From positions 1-35,720 of the forward strand of contig JAPEUG010000153.1 in the NCBI GenBank assembly GCA_026025795.1: a stretch of 35,720 bases of DNA, in the 5' to 3' direction. The position numbers and the translations under genes were made by a program. This document shows, piece by piece, positions 21,793 to 33,971 of the stretch. The stretch comes from Thelocarpon superellum. Taxonomy: Eukaryota. The notes below the pieces were generated by a model. It was not told where the DNA came from, made no database searches, and saw only the letters and a program-made list of their open reading frames with translations. The number at the start of each line of letters is the position of its first letter. The first letter of the stretch is position 1.

Positions 21793-24530
21793 TCAGCTCG
21801 CCTCGGCCAGCGTGATGATCAACGTGCTCGCCATGTCAAGGAAGGGAAAGGGGCTGGACGCGTCCTTCTCCTCCGTCTGCCGCCCGGCGCCCCTGGGGCT
21901 CGTCTCCAGCCGGCCCTTGAGCGAGTCGAGGTGGTGGAGCGCGGCCGCGTTGCCCTCGGGCGAACGCAGGTCCAGCACATGGCCGTAGCGGTCGTGGTCT
22001 TCATCGACCGCCACCTCCGTCTGAAGGAGTCGCTCGTACCCCGCACACTTGAAATCAACCAGATGCAGCTCCTTTTCCACCTGGTAGAGCTGGATCTCCA
22101 TGTAGACGTAGACGCTGTCATTCGGCTCCAGCGTCGCCTTGGTCAGGCCCTCGGGCGCCAGCCCGCCTGCTCCGGGGTGGCTGACGCTGTCGGCCAAGCT
22201 GGTCGAGCTGCCGGCCGCGCTGCTGGTGCTGCCCAGCGTGCCGCTGCGTTGACGCGCCGCCTGCGATGCCGCCAGGTTGACCGCGCTGCTGTGCGCACTG
22301 CTGGGATGGATGGCGCCTGGGGGATACATGCCGCTCTTGACCCATCGACATGAGATGATCCAAGGATCCTCCGGCAGGTAGGCCTGGCGGTCACGCGAAC
22401 CGTCGCGCGAGGAATGACGGTCACGGCGGTGCCCACCGAAATCCGACGCCGTGGACGAGTGGTCGGACGAGCGGCGGCGGCGGCGGCGCCGACGGGCGTG
22501 GCCGGCGGTATGGGGGGAGGCACCGGCCGAGCGGCCAGGGTCTGCGCTGTCGTGCCGGCGTCCCGGCCGTGCGCGGTCCTCGTCGTCGGACCCGTCGCTG
22601 CCGCTGTCGCCATCCCGGCCGCGCTCGTCGCCATGGGGCCCACCATGACGTTCCTCCAGGTCCCATTCCGCCCCGAGCTTTTGGAGCGCGCGGTAGATGC
22701 ACGCCATGGCCTCGAGCGGCTGGTTCCGCGACCGGATGCCGAACTGCCACTTGGTCTGTCGCGGCTTCTTGGCCGGCAGCGGCGTCAAGCTCTCCGGTTT
22801 CTGTCCCGCCTTCTCCAGATTGACCTGGCTCCGGCTATGAGGCTTGAGGCGTCGCGCTGTCGCTGCCTGTTCTTCGCTTGACTGGGGCCGGGGAACGTCT
22901 TCCACGGCCGGATGGCTCTGAACCGGCTCCACGGCGCTCGATGGCTGCCCCGCGATGTAGGCGCGGTGATAGGGCGTCATGCTACTCGGGAGAATGCCGA
23001 TGGTGCTCACATAATTGTCGGCCTCTTCCAGCTCGCCTCGGCCCGAGCCCGACGTCTCAACGCTGGACCGTTCCACGTCGCGCGTCACTGGGGACGAAAC
23101 GTGGGGGGATGAGTTGGGCGGGATGTTAGCGATTGGAGGCGGGCTATGTGGGAGGCTGGCGTTCCACGCCGGCGGGGACTGTGCCAGGAAGGGTTGCAAT
23201 TCATTGTTTGGCGCGAGATTGGCTGTGAACGTGGTCAGGGTGTGGTGCGGATGAAGGCGGAGGAAGGAAAGCGGGAGAGACGTACCATTGGTCTTCATGA
23301 TCTGGTTCTCGCGCACGATCAGGTAGGCGTCCTTGATCGCGCTCGGCTCGTCCTTCCCCAAGGCGTCCTGCACATCGTGTTTGGCGTAGCCCATGGTCTT
23401 GCCGAGCTTGCCGACGACTGCCTCGTGGAGCTTCTCTTGTACGGCCGGCGGCTTGCCCGGGGCGACGGCTTTGGGATTGATGGCTTTGTTGGGATCGACA
23501 CCCGTGTCGATGAACTCTTCCACCGGGAGCTGCAGGTACTCCGGCAGATTCTTGTTGAACCAGCGATCTTGGCGAATCTCTTGTACGGTGATGCGGTGCA
23601 CCGGATTGACCACCAGCATCTTGCGGATCAGGTTGACCGCGCCCGAGGAGAGATAGCTGGGGACCGAGTACTTGCCTTGTGCGATCTTCTTGAAAAGGCT
23701 GGGGATATACTCGTCGTCAAAGGGGAGACGGCCAACGAGCAGGACGTAGAGGATGACGCCGCAGCTCCACACATCGACCTCGGGCCCGGCGTAGAGCTTC
23801 CCCGAGATGACCTCTGGCGCAGCATAGTTGGGGCTTCCACAGCTCGTCTTTAGGAAGTTGCCGTCCGTCATGATGTTGCTGAGTCCAAAGTCGGCGATCT
23901 TGACGTTGAGAAAGTCATCGAGCAGGAGGTTCTCGGGCTTGAGGTCGCGATGTACGATCTTGTGGCGATGGCAGTACTCGACCGCACAGATGATCTGCTG
24001 GAAGAAGCGACGCGCCGAGTCTTCGGCCATCTTCCCATGCTGCACGATGTAGTCGAAGAGCTCGCCGCCGGCGTATTCCAAGACCATGATGATCTCGCTG
24101 GGCGTCGTGATGACCGTGTACCTGGACACCGGTCAGTCATGGCTCTGTGATTCGGTCGGGAAGCTTACAATTTGATGATATGTGGATGGCGTAGGAGCTG
24201 GAGATACTGGATCTCCCGCTCTACCCGGCCCGCCATATCACGGCTGATGAGCTTCCGGCGGGAAATGATCTTGAGCGCGACCTTCTGCCCGCTGACTTGA
24301 TGGACGGCAAGTTTGACCTTGCCGAAAGAGCCTTCGCCCAGCGTCTTGATGACGGTATACTGTCCCAGCCGCTTCATGGGCAGGGTTTGGGCGGGCGGTG
24401 CCAGGCCTTTGTCCGGGGCATGCTGCGAGCCGCGGGGGCCGGCGGCGTCCGGGGCCTTGTTGTTGGCGCGACGATTGTTGAGAGCGGGGAGCGAGATGGA
24501 GAGATCTTCATCATCAAAGGCTGGCGCCAT
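21793..24530 (-). CDS. snf1: Snf1/AMPK catalytic alpha subunit (carbon-catabolite derepressing kinase)
   Basis: Exons 24530-24169, 24121-23286, 23222-21793 (introns 47 and 63 nt). Kinase motifs LGEGSFGKVKLA, HRDLKPENLLLD, DFGLSNIMTDGNFLKTSCGSPNYAAPE; UBA/AID-like region; C-terminal WQFGIRSRNQP...IQLYQVE...LVDFKCAGYE...SPFPFLD. Confidence 0.98.
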
Positions 24531-25611
24531 GGTGGGCGGGATTGTGGGTGTGGTGGCCGCCGCGATGTGGACTGGTGGCACACAATCGTGAGACGGAGAT
24601 GGATGGTGGGGAAGGTGAGGCGCGGCGAGAATGACAGCGGAGCCAGTGAGCGTGGCCGACGTCCTTGGCTCTTCCCGTGGATCAGCGAATGTGCACGCCG
24701 AGATCTACCTCGTGTATAGATAGCTTGCCCGAGCACCGGGGACAGGGCAGGACGGGTGAGGGACTCGCCGTTGCTTCGCTGGATGCGTGGAGGGGCGTCT
24801 TGCACCGATGGGATGCTCGCATACCTTCACATGCCGCGTCTACGTCTGCCCATAGTCCGTCGTACCATAGTCGTCCCTCTGCTTCGTGAGACGTCTAACT
24901 AGCGACCCTGGATCGTGAGCGTCGTGGCCGGGCGGCCAATGGGCCGGGTCAGCCAAGTCCAGCTAGCGATCCGCTCCCACCTCGCGGGGCACACACGCTC
25001 CACCTGGGCTGTATGCGCACTCTCGTCATCTAGAGTGTGGCCAGTCGATACCAGAGGCTGTGAGCGTCAGGTCGAAATGGTACGAAGTACTTACCGTAGC
25101 AAGTGCTGGGACTACGGGCCGTTAAACAGCAGCGGCCTCGTACTGCTTGGCCGTTGCTTGCACGTTCGCCGCCCAAATAACAGTCACTACCACAAACGGT
25201 CTTCCAACACCGATGGTTAAGGGACATCACAGCTTCACCTGTGTGGGGAAGGGAGCTGTTCTCGATTGCTCTGCATTCACCCTAGTATTCACATGCACAT
25301 TCATCATAATACCTGTCTGACATGACATTTAATCTAGGTAGATTACAGAGGGTGCATCGGGGGTCGTACTTCAGCGCTGTGATACTGGACATTAGTCCGG
25401 CATACGGAGGTAATTGCTCTGGTTGAGGCCGCCCACTGTTTTATCAGTGTAAACAAGCCCAACGTCTCACCGGCGGGCCATGCGGGGTGTCTCCCCGCGA
25501 GCTACATGACCCGTCAGCGCGTCGTCACATAGTACTGGTGAAATCCTCGTCTGCGCAGAACGCCGGCCGAAATCCAGAGCCGACCTAGTCGTAGGTATGG
25601 GGATCCGGATG

Positions 25612-26431
25612 CTAGAGCTGGGACTCTAGCTCGGAGAGACGTTGATGCAGCTTTTCACGAAGAAAGGGACTTAGTCCAAGGCTATTGCGAGTTCAGCCAC
25701 AAAGCGTGTCCCAGCATATCTCCATATGTTCACTTACATGCCCTCCCTCGTCACGATTCGGTAGGTGTTACTGGGCTGGTACAGGCCTGTCCCGTCCGCG
25801 AACTTGCCCTGACTGTCGACCTGAAGGCTCCCAAAGATGTCTTCAGGCCAGGCGATCCGTCCGTAGTCGGGCGGATTCCGAGCATCTGAAATGTGGATAA
25901 AACCTCCCGCGCCACCCCCCCCTGCGCCGCCTTGGGAGCTCGCTCCTCCGGCGCCATCACTGCCGGATTGCGCTCGTCTCGCCTGACGCTGCCGCGGAAG
26001 GAAGAGACCTCCCGAGCCCAAGCCACTACCGGCCGAGCTTGCCATAGCCTGCGCTTGGGAGATGACGCCTGGGTCCTCATGTGCATGTTGTGCTAGCACC
26101 TCGTGCAAGACGGAGAGAAACCTGGGGTTCTCGGTCAAGGAATCTGGCGACGGAGGAAGCTTGGAGGTGGATCCAATTGCTAGCTCTGCTCGAGGAGGCT
26201 CTGTGCGCAGTAAAGAGAGGGTGTATGATCGGGGAGAAGAAAGGGCGTTCGGAAAGATGTTCTGTTGCGCATCTCAGCAAAGGGCAATTCGGTATCACGG
26301 AGACGGTCACTAACGATATGGGGATTCTCGGGCAACGTTGACACCATTCTTCGCATGGGGCGGGTGTGTTGAGGGACATCGTAACGAGCAGAGCGTGCCA
26401 GCGCTCGACAAACCGATGAAATTACGGTCAT
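25612..26431 (-). CDS. Uncharacterised fungal protein, possibly mitochondrial
   Basis: Exons 26431-26315, 26261-25738, 25681-25612 (introns GTTAGT...CAG 53 nt and GTAAGT...TAG 56 nt) give a continuous frame: MTVISSVCRALARSAR...STLPENPHINIFP...TENPRFLSVLHEVL...GGFIHISDARNPPDYGRIAWPEDIFGSLQVD...YQPSNTYRIVTREGILGLSPFLREKL. Arg-rich, acid-poor N-terminus. Confidence 0.85.
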
Positions 26432-26456
26432 GACTTTCGCAGTTAAGCAAATAGTG

Positions 26457-26525
26457 TTCTTGGGAGGTCTTGGGAGGTCTTGGCCTTGAGAACAATTTCA
26501 CGCAGTTCACGCAGTGCAGTTCACG
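26457..26525. repeat. Short tandem repeats just upstream of the uncharacterised gene
   Basis: (TCTTGGGAGG)x2.6 at ~26458-26483, followed by TTCACGCAG TTCACGCAG TGCAG TTCACG. Confidence 0.7.
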
Positions 26526-27633
26526 ACGAGATAATTCGAGTTCTCGATTCGCTTGGTCGCGCAAGCATGCCTGCTCGAAATACAACACGCGGCGATCAAG
26601 ATTCATGCGTCCGCCTCATTACTTGGCCTAATCATCCCCAGTTTGTCGTACGAAGGCATCGAAATACTCCTGCGCCACTATATTCGCAATTGTGTCCGAT
26701 GAAGATCTGCCTGACAACGCTGATCTGCAAGACTCCCCCAGTGGTGTTATCACCGATGCTGCATAGCCATTTTGAAGGCCGAAATGGATTACGTTCTTAC
26801 AGAAAAGCAATTGGGTGGCTTCATCGCTCTTGCTGCCATGTCGCGAAGCTGCTCTTGTTACGTATGAGAACCAAGTCGTGGAGTCCTTGGAGCTGGCGTT
26901 TGGCGAGAAGTCCTCTATCCTGATCCAGCGTGCCTGGTACAATTCCTTGCAAATACCCCCGCACGACAGTTGAGGGCCGAAAGCAACCATAGGTCAAATC
27001 TCTTCCGAGAACCTTAGTGGAGTCGAAGAGAAGGTTGGAGCTCAAGACAACTGACAACGGGAATGCGGTGCGAGGCACGCGTACTTTTGGCTCCCAAATT
27101 TTGGTGATCCCCTCTAGAACCAGGCAGCGACACGATATTGTGAATGTGCCCTCCCTGACGAGGCGAGAGGATGAGTACAGCTGCGTCCTGCTTCAACGCA
27201 GCACGTTGCTGTGTCCGTGTTCTCCTCGCACCTCCGTTAGCTAACGTGAGCTGTCAACTATGTGTTACTATATTACCGACGGTGGGGCATCCACGGCCAG
27301 TATCTCGGTCGCACTAGCGAGACAGCCTGCAATGGACCTGCCCCAACTACTTGCCCCAAACTCCCCATAGCTCCTCAACCGGTCCTGCTTTTACGTATTC
27401 TCTTATCTCTTCTGCTGGGAAGTCGCGCAAGGCCGCCCGCGGATAGCACGCGAGGTTACCACATATATCAGGAGTGCCGCACGTTCCACGGATAATGATG
27501 TCTCCACAAAGCATCCTCGTGCATCTCTTCTTGTGGCGCGGGGCACTGGTCGCGGCTTCATGCCCCGCGGACAGTCAGCGTTCAACGGTCCGTGTCGCTC
27601 GCGTGGGATCGACAATCATCGGTGCCCCCTATC

Positions 27634-29508
27634 ATGGGTGAGCAGGGAGACAATGATGCGGCTTACGTCGTCAAGATGCCGCAGGCATCCCCGCGAGCAG
27701 CACTGGATGATGATTCCCAAGTGACCGACGCGGGGAATGAGAGGTATGACCTGGCCAAGGTTGAGGGCGTATATCGGTTGGTCCCTCGTATGCCGCGTGA
27801 AATGATCCGCTCTGATGCGCCTGATCTCTAGGAAGATTGACTGGCGCATCATCCCTGGTACGTGCGTTGAGCCGGAACGGCCGAGGCGGGGAGACTGACT
27901 TGAGTCGACACCTTGGCAGCGTTCTGGGTGCTCTACTTCCTCTGCTCAGCCATTCGTGCCAACCTCGGCCTGGCGCAGACGATGAATACGGCCCAGGGCC
28001 ACAACCTCATGCAAGTGCTTCATCTCTCGCCGCACCAGGTGGCCACGGGACTCGCCTTGTTCTACGTGTGTTATGTGACCTGCGACCTCCCAGCCAATCT
28101 CATCATGACCAAGCTGAGCCCGCAAGTGTGGATGAGCCGCATCGTGGTCGGCGTGGCCATCGTGGGCAGCTGCATGACGGCGATGCGTGCCGCGTGGAGC
28201 CTCTACCTGCTACGACTGCTCTTAGGCATCGTCATCGCCGGCATGTGGCCCGGCATGACGTACTACCTGACGTTATTCTATCCTCCTTCCCGCATCGGCC
28301 AACGCATCGGCCTGTACTTTACGGCGGCGCAAGTGTCGGCTGCCGTGGTTGGCCTCGTATCGGCCGCTTTCCAGGAGATGGACGGGTTGGGAGGTCTGGT
28401 GGGATTCCAATGGATGTTCTTGCTCTACGGATTGGTCACCTTGGTCGTCGGCGTTGCCCTCCTCTGGTGGCTTCCCGACCGTCCCCTTGCGCCAGACGAG
28501 GTGCCTCGTCGAAGCCGGTGGCGTCACTTTTTCCCGGAGCCGGCGCCTGTCCTGCGTGGCGAAGATGCCGTGGTGCACTATAATGATCTCCGGCGTGTGT
28601 ACCACCGACGAGCCTGGCGAGTACGGGACATCTGGGCCGTCTTCACCGATTGGCGGGCCTGGCCCTTGGTCGTCATGTACTTCGGAGTGGTCGGCGTGGG
28701 CATCGTATGGACCCTCACTCCGGCGGCTCGAGGAAACTGAAGTCTCGCTGACGCCGCGCGCAGGGTATCCAGAGCTACGGAACCGTGATCATCGAGGGGA
28801 CCAATCCTAATCTGACGGGCATCCAACTGAGCTTGCTGTTTGCGCCAATCTGGATCGTATGCACTTCCCCCCAATCTCCTACGGGACCGTTGGCTGAATT
28901 AGATCCAGATGGATCTCATCGCCATCCTTCTCGTCACGCCAATCTCGGACTGCTTTCACCACCATCGCGCGCTTTTCTTCAGCGTGCCGGTGGGCATCCA
29001 GATCGCGGGATTACTGGTGATGACGTATGCAGGGAGCTTTCAGAATCCATGGCCGCGATACGGGGGCATGCTGATGGTCGGCTTTGGGCTGGGGCCGACC
29101 GTACCCATCTGCATGACCTGGACCACGGAGATTTTCCAGGCGCGACATGGCGAGGTGGGAGTGGCGGTCGCGTCGGCACTTATCTCAGGCCTGGGCAACC
29201 TCGGATCGATTTTGACCACGTATGCTCTGTATGAGGGATGGCCGGTGGACCGCGTGCCCGGCCCGACCCAGTACCGCAAGAGCAATCTCGTCATGATCGG
29301 GATCTTATGCGGCTCCATCCTAAGCGCGGCGGTTTTGACCATCCTCCTGAGGCTTGTTGGCGAAGATCCGGGCCAGATGCGCGCGAGCGGTGCATGCGTG
29401 CCGGCCGAAGACGGCGAGGTCATCATCGATGGTGCAGCCAAGCGCGATGTGCAGGAGCGGGGGGTCAGAAGGTGGTGGCGCAGAGCACCAGCGCCGGAAA
29501 ATGCATAG
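27634..29508 (+). CDS. MFS transporter, anion:cation symporter (Dal5/Tna1-like) family; substrate unknown
   Basis: Exons 27634-27776, 27832-27857 (26-nt micro-exon), 27920-28704, 28764-28856, 28909-29508. Motifs RKIDWRIIP, DLPANLIM, YYLTLFYPPSRIGQRIGLYF, GLGGLVGFQWMFLLYG, LPDRP, GNLGSIL; about 12 hydrophobic segments. Confidence 0.93.
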
Positions 29509-30448
29509 ACGCTGGATCCTGGATTCAGATGCGACGCTGTCGTACATAGCAAGTACCACTCAGGCTACAGACTCAACTCCATGGTTGGATCATGATACGT
29601 GTCGATCCCAGCTCGGGTGTGCGCGGGTCCGAGATAGGGAAGCGCCGTGGGACAGCTCGTGTCGGTTCCTTGGACAGGCTCTACTCGCTCCTCGAGCGCT
29701 ACTAATCACCCAGAGCTGGCCAGTAAGAGCATAAGGGGATGAGTGTTCAATGCTTCTTCGCAACAGCTGGACGAACTCCTCTATCGGTACAGTTGGACTG
29801 GGGGACACATGTTTGTGTGGAGATTCCCATGAACCCTGGGAGCGCTCCGGCTCTCCTACTCGTATTCCGTGCTCGTATTGTTGATGCTGCACGGAAGGGT
29901 GGGAGCCCCAGCATGACGTGCGCTATGCCCCCTCTGGGCTAGAAACCAGCTAGACGAGCCGGCATGACGTCGTACGGGTCACGTATGCTTTTCGAATTCC
30001 GGTCAAGCCGAGCCCTATTCTTGCTACCAAAGTTCTACTCGTACCATATGTCGCTCACTTTCCCATGGCACGCGGGCGGCATGAGGTGCACGAGCCGATC
30101 GTCTCGCACGTACGCGCTTTCCCGGCTTCACTGCTTCGGACCTTTAGGACCGCTCGCTCTTCTGCCCTCCCGAGCTCCAATACTGTGACCTCATTAGGAC
30201 CCAGTTTCTGTCATCGCCACACACCCATTTTACGTGCACTGTACCGCTGGCAGAGCCCTGGTACCACTCCTCTCGGACCCTCCTTGCATATCTCAGCATG
30301 GCGTTGATTCGTTCATTACACATCCATATGACTTCTTCAGCATCCCGCCAATAGCACGTGCGAGCTGGGCCACATCATCTTGCCATCCTTCCATCAAGTA
30401 TCGCCTGCCCGACCGTTGAACGTCAGGTGCATCTTCTTCCCTACCAGC

Positions 30449-33400
30449 ATGGCAAGAATCGACGATACTCCCCAGATCATCCCGACCCTGTCGCCACCGA
30501 GCATTGACTTCCCTGGCGCCCGCTCCAGCACCGACTCCTCTGGGGCTTGGAGCGACCTCGACGAAGCCAGGCATGCACCGCCACGGCAGTCGCGCCCTTT
30601 CTTACAAAATAGATCGTTAACCACGGCGCGCGATTTTGCCCTCCGTCCCTCTCCCCTCAGCCGGCTCACGCAATGGAAGACGTCTAGATCAACCGGACGG
30701 CATCCTACGTCCCGACCGTCCTCATCCTCGTCTTCCTCATCGTCGTCCTCAACGTCCCTTTCCTCATCCGAAGACGAGGCAGCTACGCCTTCTCCGAGCA
30801 CGGGACCCAGCAACAAGGACTTCAAGGGAAGCGCCGGCAATGCAGCACGGAAGACGAGAAGCTCCAACCCTGGCGTGGACACCGCCCGTTTCTCGAGATT
30901 TTCCGTCGGCAACACCGACTTCAAGACGCGGGGCCGAGTCTCGAAGCATGATGGCCGGCTGAAAATGTCCGTCAACGAGACGACAAATAATGGGTATCTG
31001 GCCAAGGCATTAGGAGCCACGCTTAAAAATCATCTGGGAGGGAGCAGCAAGCAGGATGCAACCGAGGGCGCCCAAGGAAGTACCGTGCAGCGCATAGACA
31101 CCCAAGCCTCCTCGCCGTCTCGGGCGTCGGCGGCGGACGTGGGACCCATTCCACAGCTCAATATCGTCATCATGGTCATCGGCAGTCGAGGAGGTAAATC
31201 ACTCTAACACGCCCATAATGGAAAATGTGAAGTTCGGACTGACGGCTCTCACCAGATATTCAACCCTTTCTCAAGATTGGAAAGATTCTCAAAGAAGCGC
31301 ACGGCCACCGCGTCCGCATTGCCACGCATCCGGCGTTCAAGAAGTTTGTCGAGCGAGACTCGGGCCTCGAGTTCTTCTCCGTCGGCGGTGATCCCTCCGA
31401 ACTCATGGCCTTCATGGTCAAGAATCCCGGCCTCATCCCGAGCTTGGCGACGGTGAAGGCTGGCGAGATCGGACGCCGCCGCGAGGCCATGTTTGGCATG
31501 TTTCAAGGCTTCTGGCGGGCCTGCATCAACGCCACGGACGAAGAGACTGACGTGTCCAACCGCCGGATGATGGCCGACAAGCACCCCTTCGTGGCCGACG
31601 CCATCATCGCCAACCCTCCCAGCTTTGCACACGTGCACTGTGCCGAGCGATTGGGGGTCCCGCTGCATCTGATGTTCACCTTCCCCTATAGCCCCACCCA
31701 ATCCTTCCCGCACCCGCTGGCCAACATCAAGAAGACCAACATGGACATGAATTATACCAACTTTATGAGTTATCCGCTCGTGGAGATGATGACGTGGCAG
31801 GGCCTGGGCGACCTGATCAACCGCTTTCGTGTTCAAACCCTTCAGCTTGAGCCCGTCTCGACGCTGTGGGCTCCTGGCCAGCTGTACCGACTGAAGGTGC
31901 CCTATACCTACCTCTGGTCACCCGGCCTCGTCCCGAAGCCGGAAGACTGGGGTCCCGAGATCGACATTGCCGGCTTCGTCTTTCTCGATCTGGCGAGCTC
32001 CTTTGAGCCTCCGGACGGCCTGCGCCGTTTTCTTGAGGCAGGCCCTCCCCCGGTATATATTGGGTTCGGCAGCATCGTCGTTGACGACCCCGAAAAGTTC
32101 ACCGCCATGATCTTTGAGGCCGTCGCCAAGGCCGGGGTGCGTGCACTGGTGAGTAAAGGGTGGGGTGGGCTGGGCGAGGATAACCCGCCGGAGAACATTT
32201 ACCTGTTGGAGAACACGCCGCATGACTGGCTGTTCCCCAAGGTCAGCGCCGTCGTTCACCACGGCGGGTACGTGCCCTGACCCCCCATGCTGGCCACCGA
32301 CTAATATGCACCAGGGCCGGTACGACGGCAATCGGGCTCAAGTGCGGGCGGCCGACGATGATAGTCCCGTTTTTCGGCGACCAGCCTTTCTGGGGTGCCA
32401 TGATCGCACGATCCGGTGCCGGCGCGCGAGAGGCGATCCCGTACAAAGCGCTGAATGCCGACCGACTGGCGCAAGGGATCCGGGAATGCCTCTCACCTGA
32501 GGCGCAGGCGAACGCGACCAAGCTGGCCGACGGCATCGCTCGTGAGGGTGACGGGGCGCGAAACGCAGTGCGAAGCTTTCACCGCACCCTCCCCCTCCAG
32601 GGCGAGCACATCATGCGCTGTGCCATCCTCGTCGACCGCGTCGCGGTATGGAAGTTGAAGAAGACGGAGATGCGGCTCTCAGCGCTGGCGGCAACCATCT
32701 TGGTGGAGCGGGGCATGATCCATCGCCGCGACCTGCGCCTCATCCGGCACTGCGCGTGGAACGACTTTGATGGGCCGGGCGAGCCTTTGACTGGAGGTGG
32801 CGCGGCGTTGGTGAGCTCATTCGCGGGGGTGGCCCGCGGCTTTGGGAGCGTGCCGGTGCGATGGGCTAAGAGCGTGCGGCGACATGAACGACGGGAACAG
32901 AAACGACTGCGACGGGCGCAAGCTCGGGCCAAAACGTCGAAGCATCGAGCGCGCCGGACCGGCAGCCGCGTTGTCACGGATGACTCAACGCCTAGTGCGA
33001 TCAGAGATCCTGCTGGTGCTGATCTGACGCGATCCTCCACCACGACGCCCACCGCATCCAATGGCAACGCCTCGACCCCAAAGGAGAAGCGGCGAGCGAG
33101 CGATGGAATAGCAGCAGACGACGCCGAAACCGAGTCCATCATCACCAATGGTGACGATGAGCACATCGTCCAGGATCTCGCCACTGACGCAGGCCGAGGA
33201 TTGGAAGCGTCAGGCCAGGCGCTGGCCAAGGCGCCGATGGACCTCAGCTTGGCTCTAGCACAGGGCTTTCATAACGCCCCGCGGCTGTATGGCGACGCCA
33301 CCGTTCGCCGGCCGCATCGCATCACCGGATTCCACTCGGGCATGCGCGCGGCGGGCGAAGAGCTCGTGTATGGCGTGTACGACGGCGTCACGGGGCTCGT

Positions 33401-33971
33401 GGTGCAGCCATACACGGGAGCACGAGACGATGGCTTGATCGGTCTCTTCAAGGGGGTTGGCAAGGGCTTTGGTGGCTTTGTGCTCAAAGACCTGGCCGCC
33501 CTGATCGGACCGTTTGGCTATGCGCTGAAAGGCCTGCACAAGGAGCTCCAGAAACCTAAGCAGCCCACGCGCTTCATCCGACAAGCACGCTTCGTCCAGG
33601 GATCCAAGGATCTGGAGGGGCTTGATTCCGCTCAACGCGAGAACGTTTTGCGCACCGTGGCCTCTGGCTGGCAAGTGCACCTCGAGCTGCAGTCACTCGG
33701 TGACGGGAAGAAATCCCAAGGTCTGAAAAGCCGCATTGAATTGAGTCGCGAGCGGAAGCGCTGGCGCAAACACGGCGCATTCGAGAATGTGAATCAGGCC
33801 CGCATAGCCTTGGAAACGAAGAAGCAGGATGGAGACGTGGAAAAGGTCCTTCGAGAACAACGGGATGCCCTAGCCTCGTCTGCGGCGTCCTCCAAGGCGA
33901 AAGCGGCAGGAGCTGCGGATAGGGTGGAGAACAGGGCTTCGTCGAATGGACTGAACGGGCATGCAGCGTGA
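30449..33971 (+). CDS. GT1 sterol 3-beta-glucosyltransferase-like protein (Glyco_transf_28 plus UDPGT-type C-domain), without PH/GRAM domains, with a long C-terminal extension
   Basis: Exons 30449-31193, 31256-32267, 32315-33971 (introns 62 and 47 nt). Motifs [94 protein letters not shown]. Confidence 0.93.

Noticed and set aside
26480..27500. ORFs of 75-147 aa in the divergent interval before the MFS gene, considered as a possible pseudogene
   Set aside because: No recognisable homology or coherent splice structure; treated as promoter DNA.
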